A program made the translations under genes and the position numbers. Positions 1-13,014 of a DNA stretch of 64,000 nt are shown piece after piece (position 1 is the stretch's first letter; each line of letters opens with the position of its first letter). Source of the DNA: Heptranchias perlo. Lineage: Eukaryota. Under the pieces are notes generated by a model, which saw nothing but the letters and a program-made list of their open reading frames with translations, was not told the DNA's origin and made no database searches. Where the stretch lies: the NCBI RefSeq assembly GCF_035084215.1, contig NW_027138407.1:1550001-1614000 (forward strand), written 5' to 3'.

Positions 1-171
1 TCAGGCGGATCCTGGGACACTGTGTCTTTGCCATTCGTTCCTGTAACAAAATACAGAATGGGTCAAAATTCTGGGAGTAAATATATCCCATGAAACACAC
101 ACTGACCATTTAAACATAGACTCACCGGGCAGCACGATCATTATTATCAGTAAGGAACACGGAGAGCACAT
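1..171 (-). CDS. TCR alpha/delta-type V segment, family 1 (V1-1), truncated by window edge
   Basis: Leader exon 126-171 (MCSPCSLLIIMIVLP-G, donor G|GTGAGT). V exon begins at 40 after TTACAG (GTNGKDTVSQDPPE) and runs off the window. Confidence 0.85.
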   Translation of the reverse strand: MCSPCSLLIIMIVLPGESMFKWSVCVSWDIFTPRILTHSVFCYRNEWQRHSVPGSA

Positions 172-229
172 GGTGTGTGGTTTAGAGTTCGACAGAAAAT
201 AACGGAATGTTTTCAATATGTTGACGCTT

Positions 230-380
230 CTTGTCTGGTATTAAAGAGTAAACTCAGATCAGGGGCAGGATTCACTTATTGGAAAACTAAGGGGCGTTTC
301 CCAGGGACCGGATTGGCTGATCTCTCAGCATTGATGCCAGCTGTGCACCAATCACAGTTAGTTGTGGACGAATTAACTGA
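230..380 (-). promoter_or_regulatory. Family-1 V promoter (representative copy, repeated upstream of each V1 leader)
   Basis: Conserved block 60-210 bp upstream of the ATG with two opposed CCAAT boxes, GGGGCGTTTCCC and an E-box. No Ig octamer ATGCAAAT, consistent with TCR rather than Ig. Confidence 0.55.
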
Positions 381-1340
381 TGGCTCTCTCCCAACGCTTT
401 CCTCCCCTGTCTGTGTCTGTCAGCCTCATTTTCTTTCTCTGTGTCTCTCTGTCAATCTTTCTGTCTCCCTCTCTTTCTCTCTTTCTGTGTGCTTACCTCT
501 GTGTCTTTATCCCTATACCGCACTCTGTCTCTATTTCCGTTTCTGTCCCTCTCTCTCGATCTCTCTCTGTCCGTGACACTCTATTTCTCTGCCATTCACT
601 AATTCTGTCTGTTACTCTGTTTTTCTCTTTCAGTTTCTATGCCTCCCTCTGTCTCAATCTCTTCCTCCCCTTTCTCGCTCCAAATCTCTCTGTGTGTCCC
701 AATCTCTTTCTTTATTTCTCTCCCTCTCTCTCTTTCTTTCTCTCTTTCACTCTCTCTCTCACTCTTTCTATCTCTCTCTCATTAAGGTGACAAGTAAAAA
801 ATATCCGAATCAGTCTCGATCCCCGGTATGACGGAGTTCTCGCCACAATCAATGAGCTCCATTCATAGTCACCCAGTCTTAAGGTCACGAGGGACACGAG
901 AAGTAGAGAAATCTCTTCAAAGCTGCCGGCGGATTTGAACTTGTACCAGTAAAGTGCTGATTTCAGTCAGTCACAATTTCTAACGCTTCGGATCCCAGGG
1001 GCTTTGATGAGTGAAGTCCCTGAGGCCTCCCTTTGAGATGAGACAGTTTCTGAACGATGAGACCCGATGGATCTGCACCAGATCCAGGACTTTTACTTGT
1101 ACAGATTGATTATGCTCTTCATTCCAGAGGTCTGCAAGTCGGTGATAACAGGGGGCTGGAAATGTCTGAATCCGGCACTGAACTAATTGGTTGAGAAATG
1201 TCACATTTCCCAACACTGACAGCACTGACTTTAACGAGAGAAAACCGCTTGAATCAGCCTGGGATGAATCAGCTGGAGAAGAAGATGGGAAAATGTTTTA
1301 GGTTTGGGGAATATTATTGGAAGGTTCCAATATCACCGAC

Positions 1341-1385
1341 CTGTGAACAGGGCAATAAGTAGATCAGGCAAAGTTTCACGTCCAC
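1341..1385 (-). pseudogene. Orphan family-2 leader exon (decayed)
   Basis: Homologous to 40553-40598. ATG lost and frameshifted, with no V2 exon downstream. Confidence 0.75.
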
Positions 1386-2457
1386 TATTTCAGTCTAAAC
1401 TCCAGAAAAAAAGAGACTGTCTTTAAGGGGCCTACGACGGAAGGCGCTAAAACAGCGGAGGGATCTGATCAGATGTTCTGCGATTTATTTTTGTTCAAAT
1501 CAGCCTCGATCCCCAATATCACGGGGATTTGTGTCTCTCTGAACAATCATTTCCTGCATATGGCTATCAGAGAGCGCCCTCCTGTGGACAGTACAAGCCT
1601 CACACAGTTCATTGCAAATACAAACACAACAGATACACTCATAAACACGCACATGGAGACATTGAGAGATTAACACACACAAATACAGACAAACATATAT
1701 TTGCATACACGCCAACATAAACACAGATGCACCTAATGGTTGATATCTGTGGAGATGATTGATGTGCATTCAGCTCTAAGTTGTGCAAAATGACAGATCT
1801 TTAACAAATGATCAGAGAACGCCCACCTATGTGTACAATAATCCTCCCACAAAACATTCAACACACAGGTACAACCACGGACAGAGAGGCACTAACTGCT
1901 TGATTGTACCTCTCACATCAAGAAAATGCAAAGACCAGCCAAAATATGACACATGAACGGTTTTGACAGTGAAAATAAGGAGAATTTGTTTCCAATTGGA
2001 GAAGGAGCGGTAACCAGAGGACACAGATTTAAGGTGATCTGCAAAATTGCCGGAGGCGGCATGAGGAAACTTTATTTTTACGCACCGGGTTGTAATGATC
2101 TGGAATGCACTGCGTGAAAGGGTGGTGGAAGCAGATTCAATGGTAACTTTCAAAATGGAAGTCGATAAATACATAAAGGGGAAATATTTAAAGTAATATG
2201 AGGAAAGAGCAGGGGAATGGGAATAATTGGATAGTTCTTTTAAAGAGCCAGCACAGGCAGGATGGGCTGAATGGCGTCCTCATGTGCTGTGCCGACTCTG
2301 AGACATTATGTCTGTCGGTGCCGTTGCCTCTGTCTATCTGGCTGTCTTTCTTTCTTCCTATCTACATATTAGTTCACGAGCGCACCAATTGATTGAGAGG
2401 AGGTGAGTGACCTTTGTTCGTTTTTGTACAGTCTGACTGCGTCCCTGTAACAGTGTG

Positions 2458-2895
2458 GGCTGCATGGCACAGAGATACACGGCAGAGTCAGAGACAAGAG
2501 CCCCGGTGATACTTAAAGAAACCGTTTTGTTGGCTTTGTTCAAATTAGCAGAGAACCGATCTATGAAATCTGAAGACTTATCGACCTTCCCCGAGCTAAA
2601 GATCTTCATTAAATATCTCGGCGCACCCCCGGGATATTGGATGTACCAGAAGAGAGTTGGGTTATTGAATGTTGTCTCATAACTGCAGTCCAACATTACG
2701 GTCTGTTCTTCCTGAAACGTTAATTCAGGCGGATCCTGGGACACTGAGTCTTCGCCATTCGTTCCTGTAACAAAATACAGAATGTGTCAAAAGTATGGGA
2801 GTAAATGCAATCCATGAAACACACACTGACTTTGTAAACATAGACTCACCGAGCAGCACCATCATTAGTATCAGTAAGGAACATGGAGAGCGCAT
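2458..2895 (-). CDS. TCR alpha/delta V segment, family 1 (V1-2)
   Basis: Leader 2850-2895. V exon 2458-2764 with Cys23, Trp41 (WYIQ) and DSAVYLC. 23-RSS 2419-2457: CACACTG, 23-nt spacer, ACAAAAACG. Confidence 0.93.
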
Positions 2896-3618
2896 GGTGT
2901 GTGGTTTAGAGTTCGACAGAAAATAGCGGAATATTTACAATATGTTGACACTTCTGGCCTGATATCAAAGAGTAAACTCAGATCAGAGGAAGGATTCATT
3001 TCTTGGATAACTATGGGGCGTTTCCCAGAGACCGGATTGGGTGGTCTCTCAGAACGGATGCCAGATGAGCACCAATCACAGTTAATTGTGGACGAATTAA
3101 CTGATGGCTCTCGACAAACGCTTTCTTTCCCTGTCGGTGTCTGCCTGTCTCATTTTCTTTCTCTGTGTCTCTCTCTGTCATCTTTCTGCCTCCGTCTCGC
3201 TTTTTCTCTCTTTCTATCTGCTTACCTCTGTGTCCCCATCTCCATACGCCACTCTGTCTCTGTCTCCTTCTCTATCCGGCTGCTTCTCTCCCTCTGCCTG
3301 TGACACTCAATTTCTCTGTCTCTATTTCTGTCTCTGCCTACTGCTTTCTTTATCTCAGTCAGTCTCTGTGCCTTTCTCTGAATCACTCGCTTCCCGTCTT
3401 CCTCTCTCATTCTGTCTGGCCCAGTCTCTTTCTCTGTCTGTGTCTCTCTCTGTCTCTCGGTCTTTTTCTCCCTCTCTCTCACATTTCGCAACACTAACAA
3501 CACTGACCATAACGAGCGAAAACCGTTTGAATCCGCCAGTGAATAATCATCCGGAGATGGAGATGGGAAAATGTATCAGGATTGGGGAATATTGTTGGTA
3601 GATTCGAATATCACCGAC

Positions 3619-3663
3619 CTGTGATCAGAACAATAAGCAGATTCAGGCAGAGTTCACCTCCAT
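3619..3663 (-). pseudogene. Orphan family-2 leader exon (frameshifted)
   Basis: 45 nt long. A 1-nt deletion gives MEVNSA*, and a LINE is inserted just upstream of the ATG. Confidence 0.8.
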
Positions 3664-3667
3664 GATT

Positions 3668-5245
3668 TTTTTTATCAGTTCACGGGATGTGGGCTTCGCT
3701 GGCAAGGCCAGCATTAATTGCCCATCCCGAATTGCCCTTGAGAAGGTGGTGGTGAGCCGCCTTCTTGAACCGCTGCAGTCCGTGTGGTGACGGTTCTCCC
3801 ACAGTGCTGTTAGGAAGGGAGTTCCAGGATTTTGACCCAGCGACGATGAAGGAACGGCGACATATTTCCACGTCGGTATGGTGTGTGGCTTGGAGGGGAA
3901 CGTGCAGGTGGTGTTGTTCCCATGTGCCTGCTGCTCTTGTCCGTCTAGGTGGTAGAGGTCGTGGGTTTGGGAGGTGCTGTCGAAGAAGCCTTGGCGAGTT
4001 GCTGTAGTGCATCCTGTGGATGGTACACACTGCAGCCACAGTGCGCCGGTGGTGAAGGGAGTGAATGTTTAGGGTGGTGGATGGGGTGCCAATCAAGCGG
4101 GCTGCTTTATCTTGGATGGTGTCGAGCTTCTTGAGTGTTGTTGGAGCTGCACTCATCCAAGCAAGTGGAGAGTATTCCATCACACTCCTGACTTGTGCCT
4201 TGTAGATGGTGGAAAGGCTTTGGGGAGTCAGGAGGTGAGTCACTCGCCGCAGAATACCCAGCCTCTGACCTGCTCTCGTAGCCACAGTATTTATATGGCT
4301 GGTCCAGTTCAGTTTCTGGTCAATGGTGACCCCCAGGATGTTGATGGTGGGGGATTCGGCGATGGTAATGCCGTTGAATGTCAAGGGGAGGTGGTGAGAC
4401 TCTCCCTTGTTGAAGATGGTCATTGCCTGGCACTTATCTGGCACGAATGTTACTTGCCACTTATGAGCCCAAGCCTGGATGTTGTTCAGGTCTTGCTGCA
4501 TGTGGGCTCGGACTGCTTCATTATTTGAGGGGTTGCGAATGGAACTGAACACTATGCAGTCATCAGCGAACATCCCCATTTCTGACCTTATGATGGAGGG
4601 AAGGTCATTGATGAAGCAACTGAAGATGGTTGGGCCTAGGACACTGCCCTGAGTAACTCCTGCAGCAATGTCCTGGGGCTGAGATGATTGGCCTCCAACA
4701 ACCACTGCCATCTTCCTTTGTGCTAGGTATGACTCCAGCCACTGGAGAGTTTTCTCCCTGATTCTCATTGACTTCAATTTTACTAGGGCTCCTTGGTGCC
4801 ACACTCGGTCAAATGCTGCCTTGATGTCAAGGGCAGTCACTCTCACCTCACCTCTGGAATTCAGCTCTTTTGTCCATGTTTGGACCAAGGCTGTAATGAG
4901 GTTTGGAGCCGAGTGGTCCTGGTGGAACCCAAACTTAGCATCGGTGAGCAGGTTATTGGTGAGTAAGTGCCGCTTGATAGCACTGTCGACGACACCTTCC
5001 ATCATTTTGCTGATGATTGAGAGTAGACTGATGGGGCGGTAATTGGCCGGATTGGATTTGTCCTGCTTTTTGTGGACAGGACATACCTGGGCAATTTTCC
5101 ACATTGTCTGGTAGATGCCAGTGTTGTAGCTGTACTGGAACAGATTGGCTAGAGGCGCAGCTAGTTCTGGAGCACAAGTCTTCAGCACTACAGCTGAGAT
5201 GATGTCGGGGCCCATAGCCTTCGCTGTATCCAGTGCGCTCAGCCG
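3668..5245 (-). mobile_element. 5'-truncated non-LTR retrotransposon (CR1/L2 group), open RT domain
   Basis: ORF 3680-5326 contains NYRPISLLS, DIKAAFDRV, GVTQGSVLGP and FADD. It ends in an A-rich 3' tail and interrupts the unit sequence catga|ttccagtctgaactcc. Confidence 0.95.
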
Positions 5246-5400
5246 TTCCAGTCTGAACTCCAGAAGCAAGAGACTGCTTTCATCGGGCCTGGGATTGGAG
5301 ACGCTAAAATAGCAAACGGAACTCATCAGATGTTCTGGGATTCCTTTTTCTGCCCATTTCTGTCTCTCTTAACAATCATTTCCTGAAGATGATGATCAGG

Positions 5401-5420
5401 GAGCGCCCTCCTGTGGACAG
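5401..5420 (-). promoter_or_regulatory. CTCF-like site (representative of about 20 same-orientation copies)
   Basis: Minus strand TGTCCACAGGAGGGCGCTC resembles the CTCF core CCASYAGRKGGCRS. In units without the LINE insertion it lies about 150-190 bp upstream of the family-2 or orphan leader. Confidence 0.6.
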
Positions 5421-6235
5421 CACCAGGCACACACAGTTCATTGGAAATAAAAATACAGCTGATCCGCTCATCAACACACTGCGAGAGAGAGAGAGATTAA
5501 CACACGCAAACACAGACACACATACAAATGCAGGTGCATACACGACAAAATAAACCCAGATACATGTAATGGTTGATATCTGTGGAGATTATTGATGTGC
5601 ATTCAGCTGTAAATTGTTAAAAATGACTGATATTGAACACGTGATCAGAGAACGCCCTCCTGTGTATATTATAATCCTCACATAGCATTCGACACACACA
5701 CAACCATGGACTAGACGGGCACAAACGGTTTGACTGTGCCTCCCACATGAAGAAAATGGAAGACCAGCTATTACATGACTTATGAACGGTTTTGATAGTG
5801 TAAGTAAGGAGAAATCGTTTCCAGTGGTTGATGGGTCGGAAACCAGAGGACACAGAATTAAGGTGATCCGCAAAATTGTCAGAGGCGACATGAGGAAACA
5901 TGTTTTTATTTAGCGAGTTCAAATGATCTGGAATGCACTGCCTGAAAGGGTGGTGGAAGCAGATTCAATGGTACATTCAAAAGGGAATTCGATAAATGCA
6001 TGAAGGGAAAATATGTATCGCGCTTTGGGGAAAGAGCAGGGTAATGGGACTATTTGCATAGCCTTTTTAAAGAGCCGCCACAGGCACGACGGGCCGAATA
6101 GCATGCTCCTGTGCATGACTTGCTCTGATACTGTGATACTGTGTCTGTCGGTGCCTCAATATCTATCTTTCTTTCGATCCACCTATCAGTTCACCTGCGC
6201 ACCAATTCCGTGAGAGGAGGTGAGAGACCATTGTG

Positions 6236-6262
6236 GGTTTTTGTACGGTCTGGTGAGCGCAT
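6236..6262 (-). pseudogene. Deletion scar of a family-1 V gene
   Basis: Nonamer 6236-6244 plus 8 nt of spacer is joined directly to the first codons of the leader (ATG at 6262-6260). Heptamer, V exon, intron and most of the leader are missing, while both flanks are intact. Confidence 0.85.
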
Positions 6263-7416
6263 GTGGTGTGGCTTAGAGTTCACAGAAAATCGGGGAATGA
6301 TTTCAATATGTTGACCCTTCTGTTCTGATATTAAAGAGTAAACTCAGATCCGGGGCAGGATTCACTTATTGGAAAATTAAGGGGCGTTTCCCAGTGACCG
6401 GATTGGCTGGTCTCTCATAACTGATGCCAGCTGTGCACCAATCACAGTTAGTTGTGGACTAATTAACTGATGGCTCTCTCCCAACGCTTTCCTTCCCTGT
6501 CTGTGTCTGTCTGTCTCATTTTCTTTCTCTGTGTCTCTCTGTCAATCTTTCTGTCTCACCCTCGCTTTTTCTCTCTTTCTGTCTGCTTACCTCTGTGTCT
6601 TTATCCCTATACCACACGCTGTCTCTATTTCCGTTTCTGTCCCTCTCTCTCTCTCTCTCTGTGACACTCTATTTCTCTGTCTCTTACTACTTCTGTCTGT
6701 TGCTCTGTTTTTCTCTTTCATTTTCGATGCCTCCCTCTGCCTCAATCTCTTCCTCCCTTTCTCGCTCTATCTCTCTTTCTCTCTGTCCCAATCTCTTTCA
6801 TTGTTTCTCTCCATTTCTCTCTTTCACTCTCTTCTCTATCTCTCTCTCATTAAGGTGACAAGTGAAAAATATCTGAATCAGTCTCGATCCCCGGTATCAC
6901 GGAGTTCTCTCCACAATCAATGAGCTCCATTAATAGTCACCCAGTCTTAAGGTAACGAGGGACACGACAATTAGACAAATCTCTTCAAAGCTGCAAGCGC
7001 TAGCAATGGATTTGAACTTACACCAGTAAAGTGCTGATTTCAGTCAGTCACTACTTCAAACCCTTCGGATTCCAGGAGCTTTGAAGAGTGAAGCCCCTGA
7101 GGCCGCCTTTTGAGATGAGACAGTTTCTGAACGATGTGACCCGATGGATCTGCACCAGATCCAGGAATTTACTTGTACAGATGGATCCTGTTATTCACCC
7201 CAGAGATCTGCAAGTCGGTGCTAACACGGGGCCGGAAATGTCTGAATTTGAAACTGGATGAAGTGGTTGAGAACTGTCACATTTCCCAACACTGACAGCA
7301 CTGACCTCAACGAGAGAAAACCGCTTGAATCAGACTGAGAGTAATCATCCGGAGATGGAGATGGGAAAAAGTATCAGGATTGGGGAATATTGATGGAAGG
7401 TTCAAATATCACCGGC

Positions 7417-7462
7417 CTATGATCAGGACAATATCCAGAGTCAGGCAGAGTTTCACCTCCAT
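7417..7462 (-). pseudogene. Orphan family-2 leader exon (GC donor)
   Basis: MEVKLCLTLDIVLII-G followed by GCCGGT. Confidence 0.8.
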
Positions 7463-8000
7463 GTTTCCAGTCTGAACTCCAGAAACACGAGACTGCCTTT
7501 GCCTGACCTGCGATGGAAGATGCTGAAAGAGCAAAGGGTTCTGATGTGATGTTCTGGGATTTCCTTTTCTCTGCGTTTGTGTTTCGCGAAACAATCATTT
7601 CCTGCAGATGGTGTTCAGAGAGCGCCCTCCTGTGGACAACCGAAGCATCAAAAAGTTCATTGCAAGTACGAACACAACAGATATCTTCTGAACACACTTG
7701 GAGAGACAGAGAGATTAACACACACAAATACAGACACAGACACATGCATGTGCAATCACGTCAACATAAACCCAGATACACTTAATGGTTGATATCTGTG
7801 GAGATTATTGATGTGCATTCAGCTCTAAGTTGTTGAAGATGACTGATGTTTAACAAGTGATCAGGGAACGCCCCCCTGTGTATATTGTGATCCTCACATA
7901 CAGCATTCGACACACTCACACAACCACGGACAGACGGACACTAACGGCTTGACTGTGCCTCTCACATGAAGAAAATGCAAAGACCAGCCATTACATGACT

Positions 8001-8360
8001 CATGGACGGTTTTGATAGTGTAACTAAGGAGAAATTGTTTCCAATGGTAGAAGGTTCGGTAACCAGAGGACACAGATATAAGGTGATCTGCAAAATTGCC
8101 AGAGGCAACATGAGGAAACATTTTTTTATGCAGCGAGTTTTTATGATCAGGAATGCACTGCCTGAAAGGGCGGAGGAAGCAAATTCAGTGGTAACTTTCA
8201 AAAGGGAATTCGATAAATACTGGAAGGGAAAATGTTTAAAGGGTTATATGGAAAGAGCAGGATAATGGGACAAAGTGGGTCGTTCTTTCAAATAGCCAGC
8301 ACAGGCAAGATGGGCTGAATGGCCTCCTCATGTGCTGTGCCCACTCTGATATTATGATGC
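8001..8360 (+). mobile_element. CR1 LINE 3' fragment co-amplified in every family-1 unit (representative copy)
   Basis: Translates as GFDSVTKEKLFPMVEGSVTRGHRYK...FFMQRV...NALPE...GYMERAG (CR1 ORF2 C-terminus) plus the 3'UTR. Other copies start near 1953, 5781, 10856, 12057, 14338, 17050, 19270, 21750, 23945, 26145, 28610, 30808, 33275, 35480 and 37957. Confidence 0.85.
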
Positions 8361-8674
8361 GGTGATGTTATTTCTGTCGGTGCCTCTGTCCAACTAGCTT
8401 TCTTTCTTTCGTTCTATCTCTCCACATATCAGTTCACGAGCGCACCAATTCATTAAACAGCCGGCATAGTCACGACGGGCGGAATGGCCTCCTCATGTGC
8501 AGTGCCTACTCTCACACCATGATACTATGATACTTTGTCTGTCGGTGCCTCAATATATCTATTTATCTTTCCTTCTATCTACATGTCAGATCACCAGCGC
8601 ACCAATTCAGTGAGAGGGGTTGAGAGACCTTTGCTGGTTTTTGTACGGTCTGACTGCGATCCTGTAACAGTGTG

Positions 8675-9112
8675 GGCTGCATGGCACAGAGATACACGGC
8701 AGAGTCAGAGACAAGAGCCCCGGTGATATTTAAAGGAACCGTTTTGTTGGCTTTATCCAAATTAGCAGAGAACCGGTCTGCGAAATCTGAAGATGTGTCT
8801 CCCTGCCCGGCGCTATATATCTTCAATAAATATCTCGGAGCTTCCCCGGGATACTGGATGTACCAGAAGAGAGCGGGGTTCCTATCTGTTGTCGAGTAAC
8901 TGCAGTTCAGTGATACAGTCTGTCCTTCCTGAACCGTTAATTCAGGCGGATCCTGGGACACTGTGTCTTTGCCACTCGTTCCTGTAACAAAATACAGAAT
9001 GGGTCAAAATTCTGGGAGTAAATATAATCCATGAAACACAACATGACCATTTAAACATAGACTCACCGGGCAGCACGATCATTATTATCAGTAAGGAACA
9101 TGGGGAGCACAT
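8675..9112 (-). CDS. TCR alpha/delta V segment, family 1 (V1-3)
   Basis: Leader 9067-9112. V exon 8675-8981 open. RSS 8636-8674 CACACTG-23-ACAAAAACC. Confidence 0.93.
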
Positions 9113-10270
9113 GGTGTTTGGTTTAGAGTTCGACAGAAATAAACGGAATGTTTTCAATATGTTGACACTTCTAGTCTGATATTAAAGAGTAAACTCAGAT
9201 CCGGGGCAGGATTCACTTATTGGAAAACTAAGGGGCGTTTCCCAGGGACCGGATTGGCTGATCTCTCATAACTGATACCAGCTGTGCACCAATAACAGTT
9301 AGTTGTGGACTAATTAACTGATGGCTCTCTCCCAACGCTTTCCTTCCCTGTCTGTGTCTGCCTGTCTCATTTTCTTTCTCTGTGTCTCTCTGTCAATCTT
9401 TCTGTCTCACCCTCGCTTTTTCTCTCTTTCTGTCTGCTTACCTCTGTGTCTTTATCCCTATAGCACACGCTGTCTCTATTTCCGTTTCTGTCCCTCTCTC
9501 TCTCTCTCTCTCTGTGACACTCTATTTCTCTGTCTCTTACTACTTCTGTCTGTTGCTCTGTTTTTCTCTTTCATTTTCGATGCCTCCCTCTGCCTCAATC
9601 TCTTCCTCCCTTTCTCGCTCTATCTCTCTTTCTCTCTGTCCCAATCTCCTTCATTGTTTCTCTCCATTTCTCTCTTTCACTCTCTTCTCTATCTCTCTCT
9701 CATTAAGGTGACAAGTGAAAAATATCTGAATCAGTCTCGATCCCCGGTATCACGGAGTTCTCTCCACAATCAATGAGCTCCATTAATAGTCACCCAGTCT
9801 TAAGGTAACGAGGGACACGACAAGTAGACAAATCTCTTCAAAGCTGCAAGCGCTAGCAATGGATTTGAACTTACACCAGTAAAGTGCTGATTTCAGTCAG
9901 TCGCTAATTCTACCCCTTCAGATTCCAGGAGCTTTGAAGAGTGACGCCCCTGAGGCCGCCATTTCAGATGAGACAGTTTCTGAACGATGTGACCCGATGG
10001 ATCTGCACCAGATCCAGGAATTTTACTTGTACAGATGGATCCTGTTATTCATCCCAGAGATCTGCAAGTCGGTGCTAACAGGGGGCTGGAATTGTCTGAA
10101 TTTGAAACTGGATAAAGTGGTTGAGAAATGTCACATTTCCCAACACTGACAGCACTGACCTCAACGAGAGAAAACCGCTTGAATCAGACTGAGAGTAATC
10201 ATCCGGAGATGGAGATGGGAAAAAGTATCAGGATTGGGGAATAATGATGGAAGGTTCAAATATCACCGGC

Positions 10271-10316
10271 CTATGATCAGGACAATATCCAGAGTCAGGC
10301 AGAGTTTCACCTCCAT
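10271..10316 (-). pseudogene. Orphan family-2 leader exon (GC donor)
   Basis: Duplicate of 7417-7462. Confidence 0.8.
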
Positions 10317-11269
10317 GTTTCCAGTCTGAACTCCAGAAACACGAGACTGCCTTTGCCTGACCTGCGATGGAAGATGCTGAAAGAGCAAAGGGTTCTGATG
10401 TGATGTTCTGGGATTTCCTTTTCTCTGCGTTTGTGTTTCGCGAAACAATCATTTCCTGCAGATGGTGTTCAGAGAGCGCCCTCCTGTGGACAACCGAAGC
10501 ATCAAAAAGTTCATTGCAAATACGAACACAACAGATATCTTCTGAACACACTTGGAGAGACAGAGAGATTAACACACACAAATACAGACACAGACACATG
10601 CATGTGCAATCACGTCATCATAAACCCAGATACACTTAATGGTTGATATCTGTGGAGATTATTGATGTGCATTCAGCTCTAAGTTGTTGAAGATGACTGG
10701 TGTTTAACAAGTGATCGAAGAACGCCCTCCTGTGTATGTTGTAATCCTCACATACAGCATTCGACACACTCACACAACCACGGACAGACGGACACTAACG
10801 GCTTGACTGTGCCTCTCACATGAAGAAAATGCAAAGACCAGCCATTACATGACTCATGGACGGATTTGATAGTGTCAATAAGGAGAAATTGTTTCCAATG
10901 GTAGAAGGTTCGGTAACCAGAGGACACAGATATAAGGTGATCTGCAAAATTGCCAGAGGCAACATGAGGAAACATTTTTTACGCAGCGAGTTTTTATGAT
11001 CAGGAATGCACTGCCTGAAAGGGCGGAGGAAGCAAATTCAGTGGTAACTTTCAAAAGGCAATTCGATAAATACTGGAAGGGAAAATATATAAAGGGTTAT
11101 ATGGAAAGAGCAGGATAATGGGACTAAGTGGGTCGTTCTTTAAAAGAGCCAGCACAGGCAAGATGGGCTGAATGGCCTCCTCGTGTGCTGTGCCCACTCT
11201 GATATTATGATGCGATGATGTTATGTCTGTCGGTGCCTCTGTCCATCTAGATTTCTTTCTTTCCTTCAA

Positions 11270-11522
11270 TCTATCTGCATATCAGGACAATAACCAGAGT
11301 TACATCATTAAATAAATGTAAAACAGAAGTTGACAGTTTCCTAGAAGTAAAGGGAATTAGGGGTTACGGGGAGCGGGCAGGTAATTGGACATGAATTTAA
11401 ATTTGAGGTGAGGATCAGATCAGCCATGATCTTATTGAATGGCGGAGCAGGCTCGAGGGGCCCATTGGCCTACTCCTGCTCCTATTTCTTATGTTCTTAG
11501 TCAGGCAGAGCTTCATCTCCAT
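11270..11522 (-). pseudogene. Deletion scar removing a whole family-1 V gene, fused to a disrupted orphan family-2 leader
   Basis: The V1 3' flank (...catATCAG) joins the middle of the orphan leader (ATCAGgacaataacc) at an ATCAG microhomology. The leader is also interrupted by a CR1 tail. Confidence 0.8.
11301..11498 (+). mobile_element. CR1-type LINE 3' end inserted in an orphan leader
   Basis: Ends in ...ggcctactcctgctcctatttcttatgttctt, is flanked by AGT on both sides, and is absent from all other units. Confidence 0.85.
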
Positions 11523-12577
11523 GATTCCAGTCTGAATTCCAGAAACAAGAGACTGCCTTTATAGGGTCTGGGTTGGGAGACGCTAAAACAGCAAACGGAT
11601 CTCATCAGATGTTCTGGGATTTCTTTTTCTGCCCATTTGTGTCTCTCTGAACAATCAGTTCCTTCAGATGGCGTTCAGAGAGCGCCCTCCTGTGGACAGC
11701 ACAAGCCTCACAGAATTCATTGCAATTACAAATACAGCAGATCTGCTCATAAACACACAGAGAGATATAGAGAGATTAACACACTCAAATAGAGACACAC
11801 ACATATGCATACACGTTAACATAAACTCAGATACACATAATGGTTGATATCTGTAGACATTATTGATGTGCATTCAGCTGTAAATTCTTAAAGATGACTG
11901 ATCTGTAACAAGTGATCAGAGAACGCTCCCCTGTGTTTATTATGATCATCACATGCAGCATTCGACACGCAGACACAATGAATGACAAACGGACACTAAC
12001 GGATTGCCTGTGCCTCTCACATGAAGAAAATGCAAAGACCAGCCATGACATGAATCATGAACGGTTTTGATAGTGTAAATAAGGAGAAATTGCTTCCAAT
12101 GGTGGAAGGGTTGGCAGCCAAAGGACACAGATTTAAGATGATCAGCAAAATTGCCAGAAGCTACAAGACGAAATATTTTATATGCAGCGAATTCTTATGA
12201 TCTGGGATGCACTGCCTGAAAGGGTGGTGGAAGCAGATTGAATCGTAACTTTCAGAAGGGAATTGGATAAATACATAAAGGGAATATATTTAATGGGTTA
12301 CGGGGAAAGAGCAGGATAATGGGACAAAGTGGGTCGTTCTTTTAAAGAGCCAACACAGGCAAGATGGGTTGAATGGCCTCCTCATGTGCTGTGCCCACTC
12401 TGATGCTATGGTACTGTGATATTATGTCTGTCGGTGCCGGTGTCTCTGTCTATCTGGCTGCCTTTCTTTCTATCTATCTCTCTACATATCAGTTTACTTA
12501 GGCACGAATTCAGTGAGTGGAGGTGAGAGACCTTTGCTGGTTTTTGTACGGACTGACTGCGCCCCTCTAACAGTGTG

Positions 12578-13014
12578 GGCTGCATGGCACAGAGATATAT
12601 GGCAGAATCAGAGACGAGAACTCTGGTGATATTTAAAGGAACCGTTTTGTTGGCTTTGTCCAAATTAGCAGAGAACCGGTCTGCGAAATCTGAAGATTTA
12701 TCTCCCTTCTCCCCGCTATATCTCCTCAGTAAATATCTCGGAGCTTCCCCGGGATACTGGATGTACCAGAAGAGAGTTGGGCCACTGTCAGTTGTCGAGT
12801 AACGACAGTTCAGTATTACAGTCTGTCCTTCCAGAACCGTTAATTCAGGCGGATCCTGGAACACGGAGTCTTTGCCACTCGTTCCTGTAAAAAAATACAG
12901 AATGTGTCAAAATCTGCGGATAAATGTAATCCATGAAACACACACTGACCATTTAAACATAAACTCACCGGGCAGCACGATCATTATTATCAGTAAGGAA
13001 CATGGGGAGCACAT
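12578..13014 (-). CDS. TCR alpha/delta V segment, family 1 (V1-4)
   Basis: Leader 12969-13014. V exon 12578-12884. RSS 12539-12577 CACACTG-23-ACAAAAACC. Confidence 0.93.
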
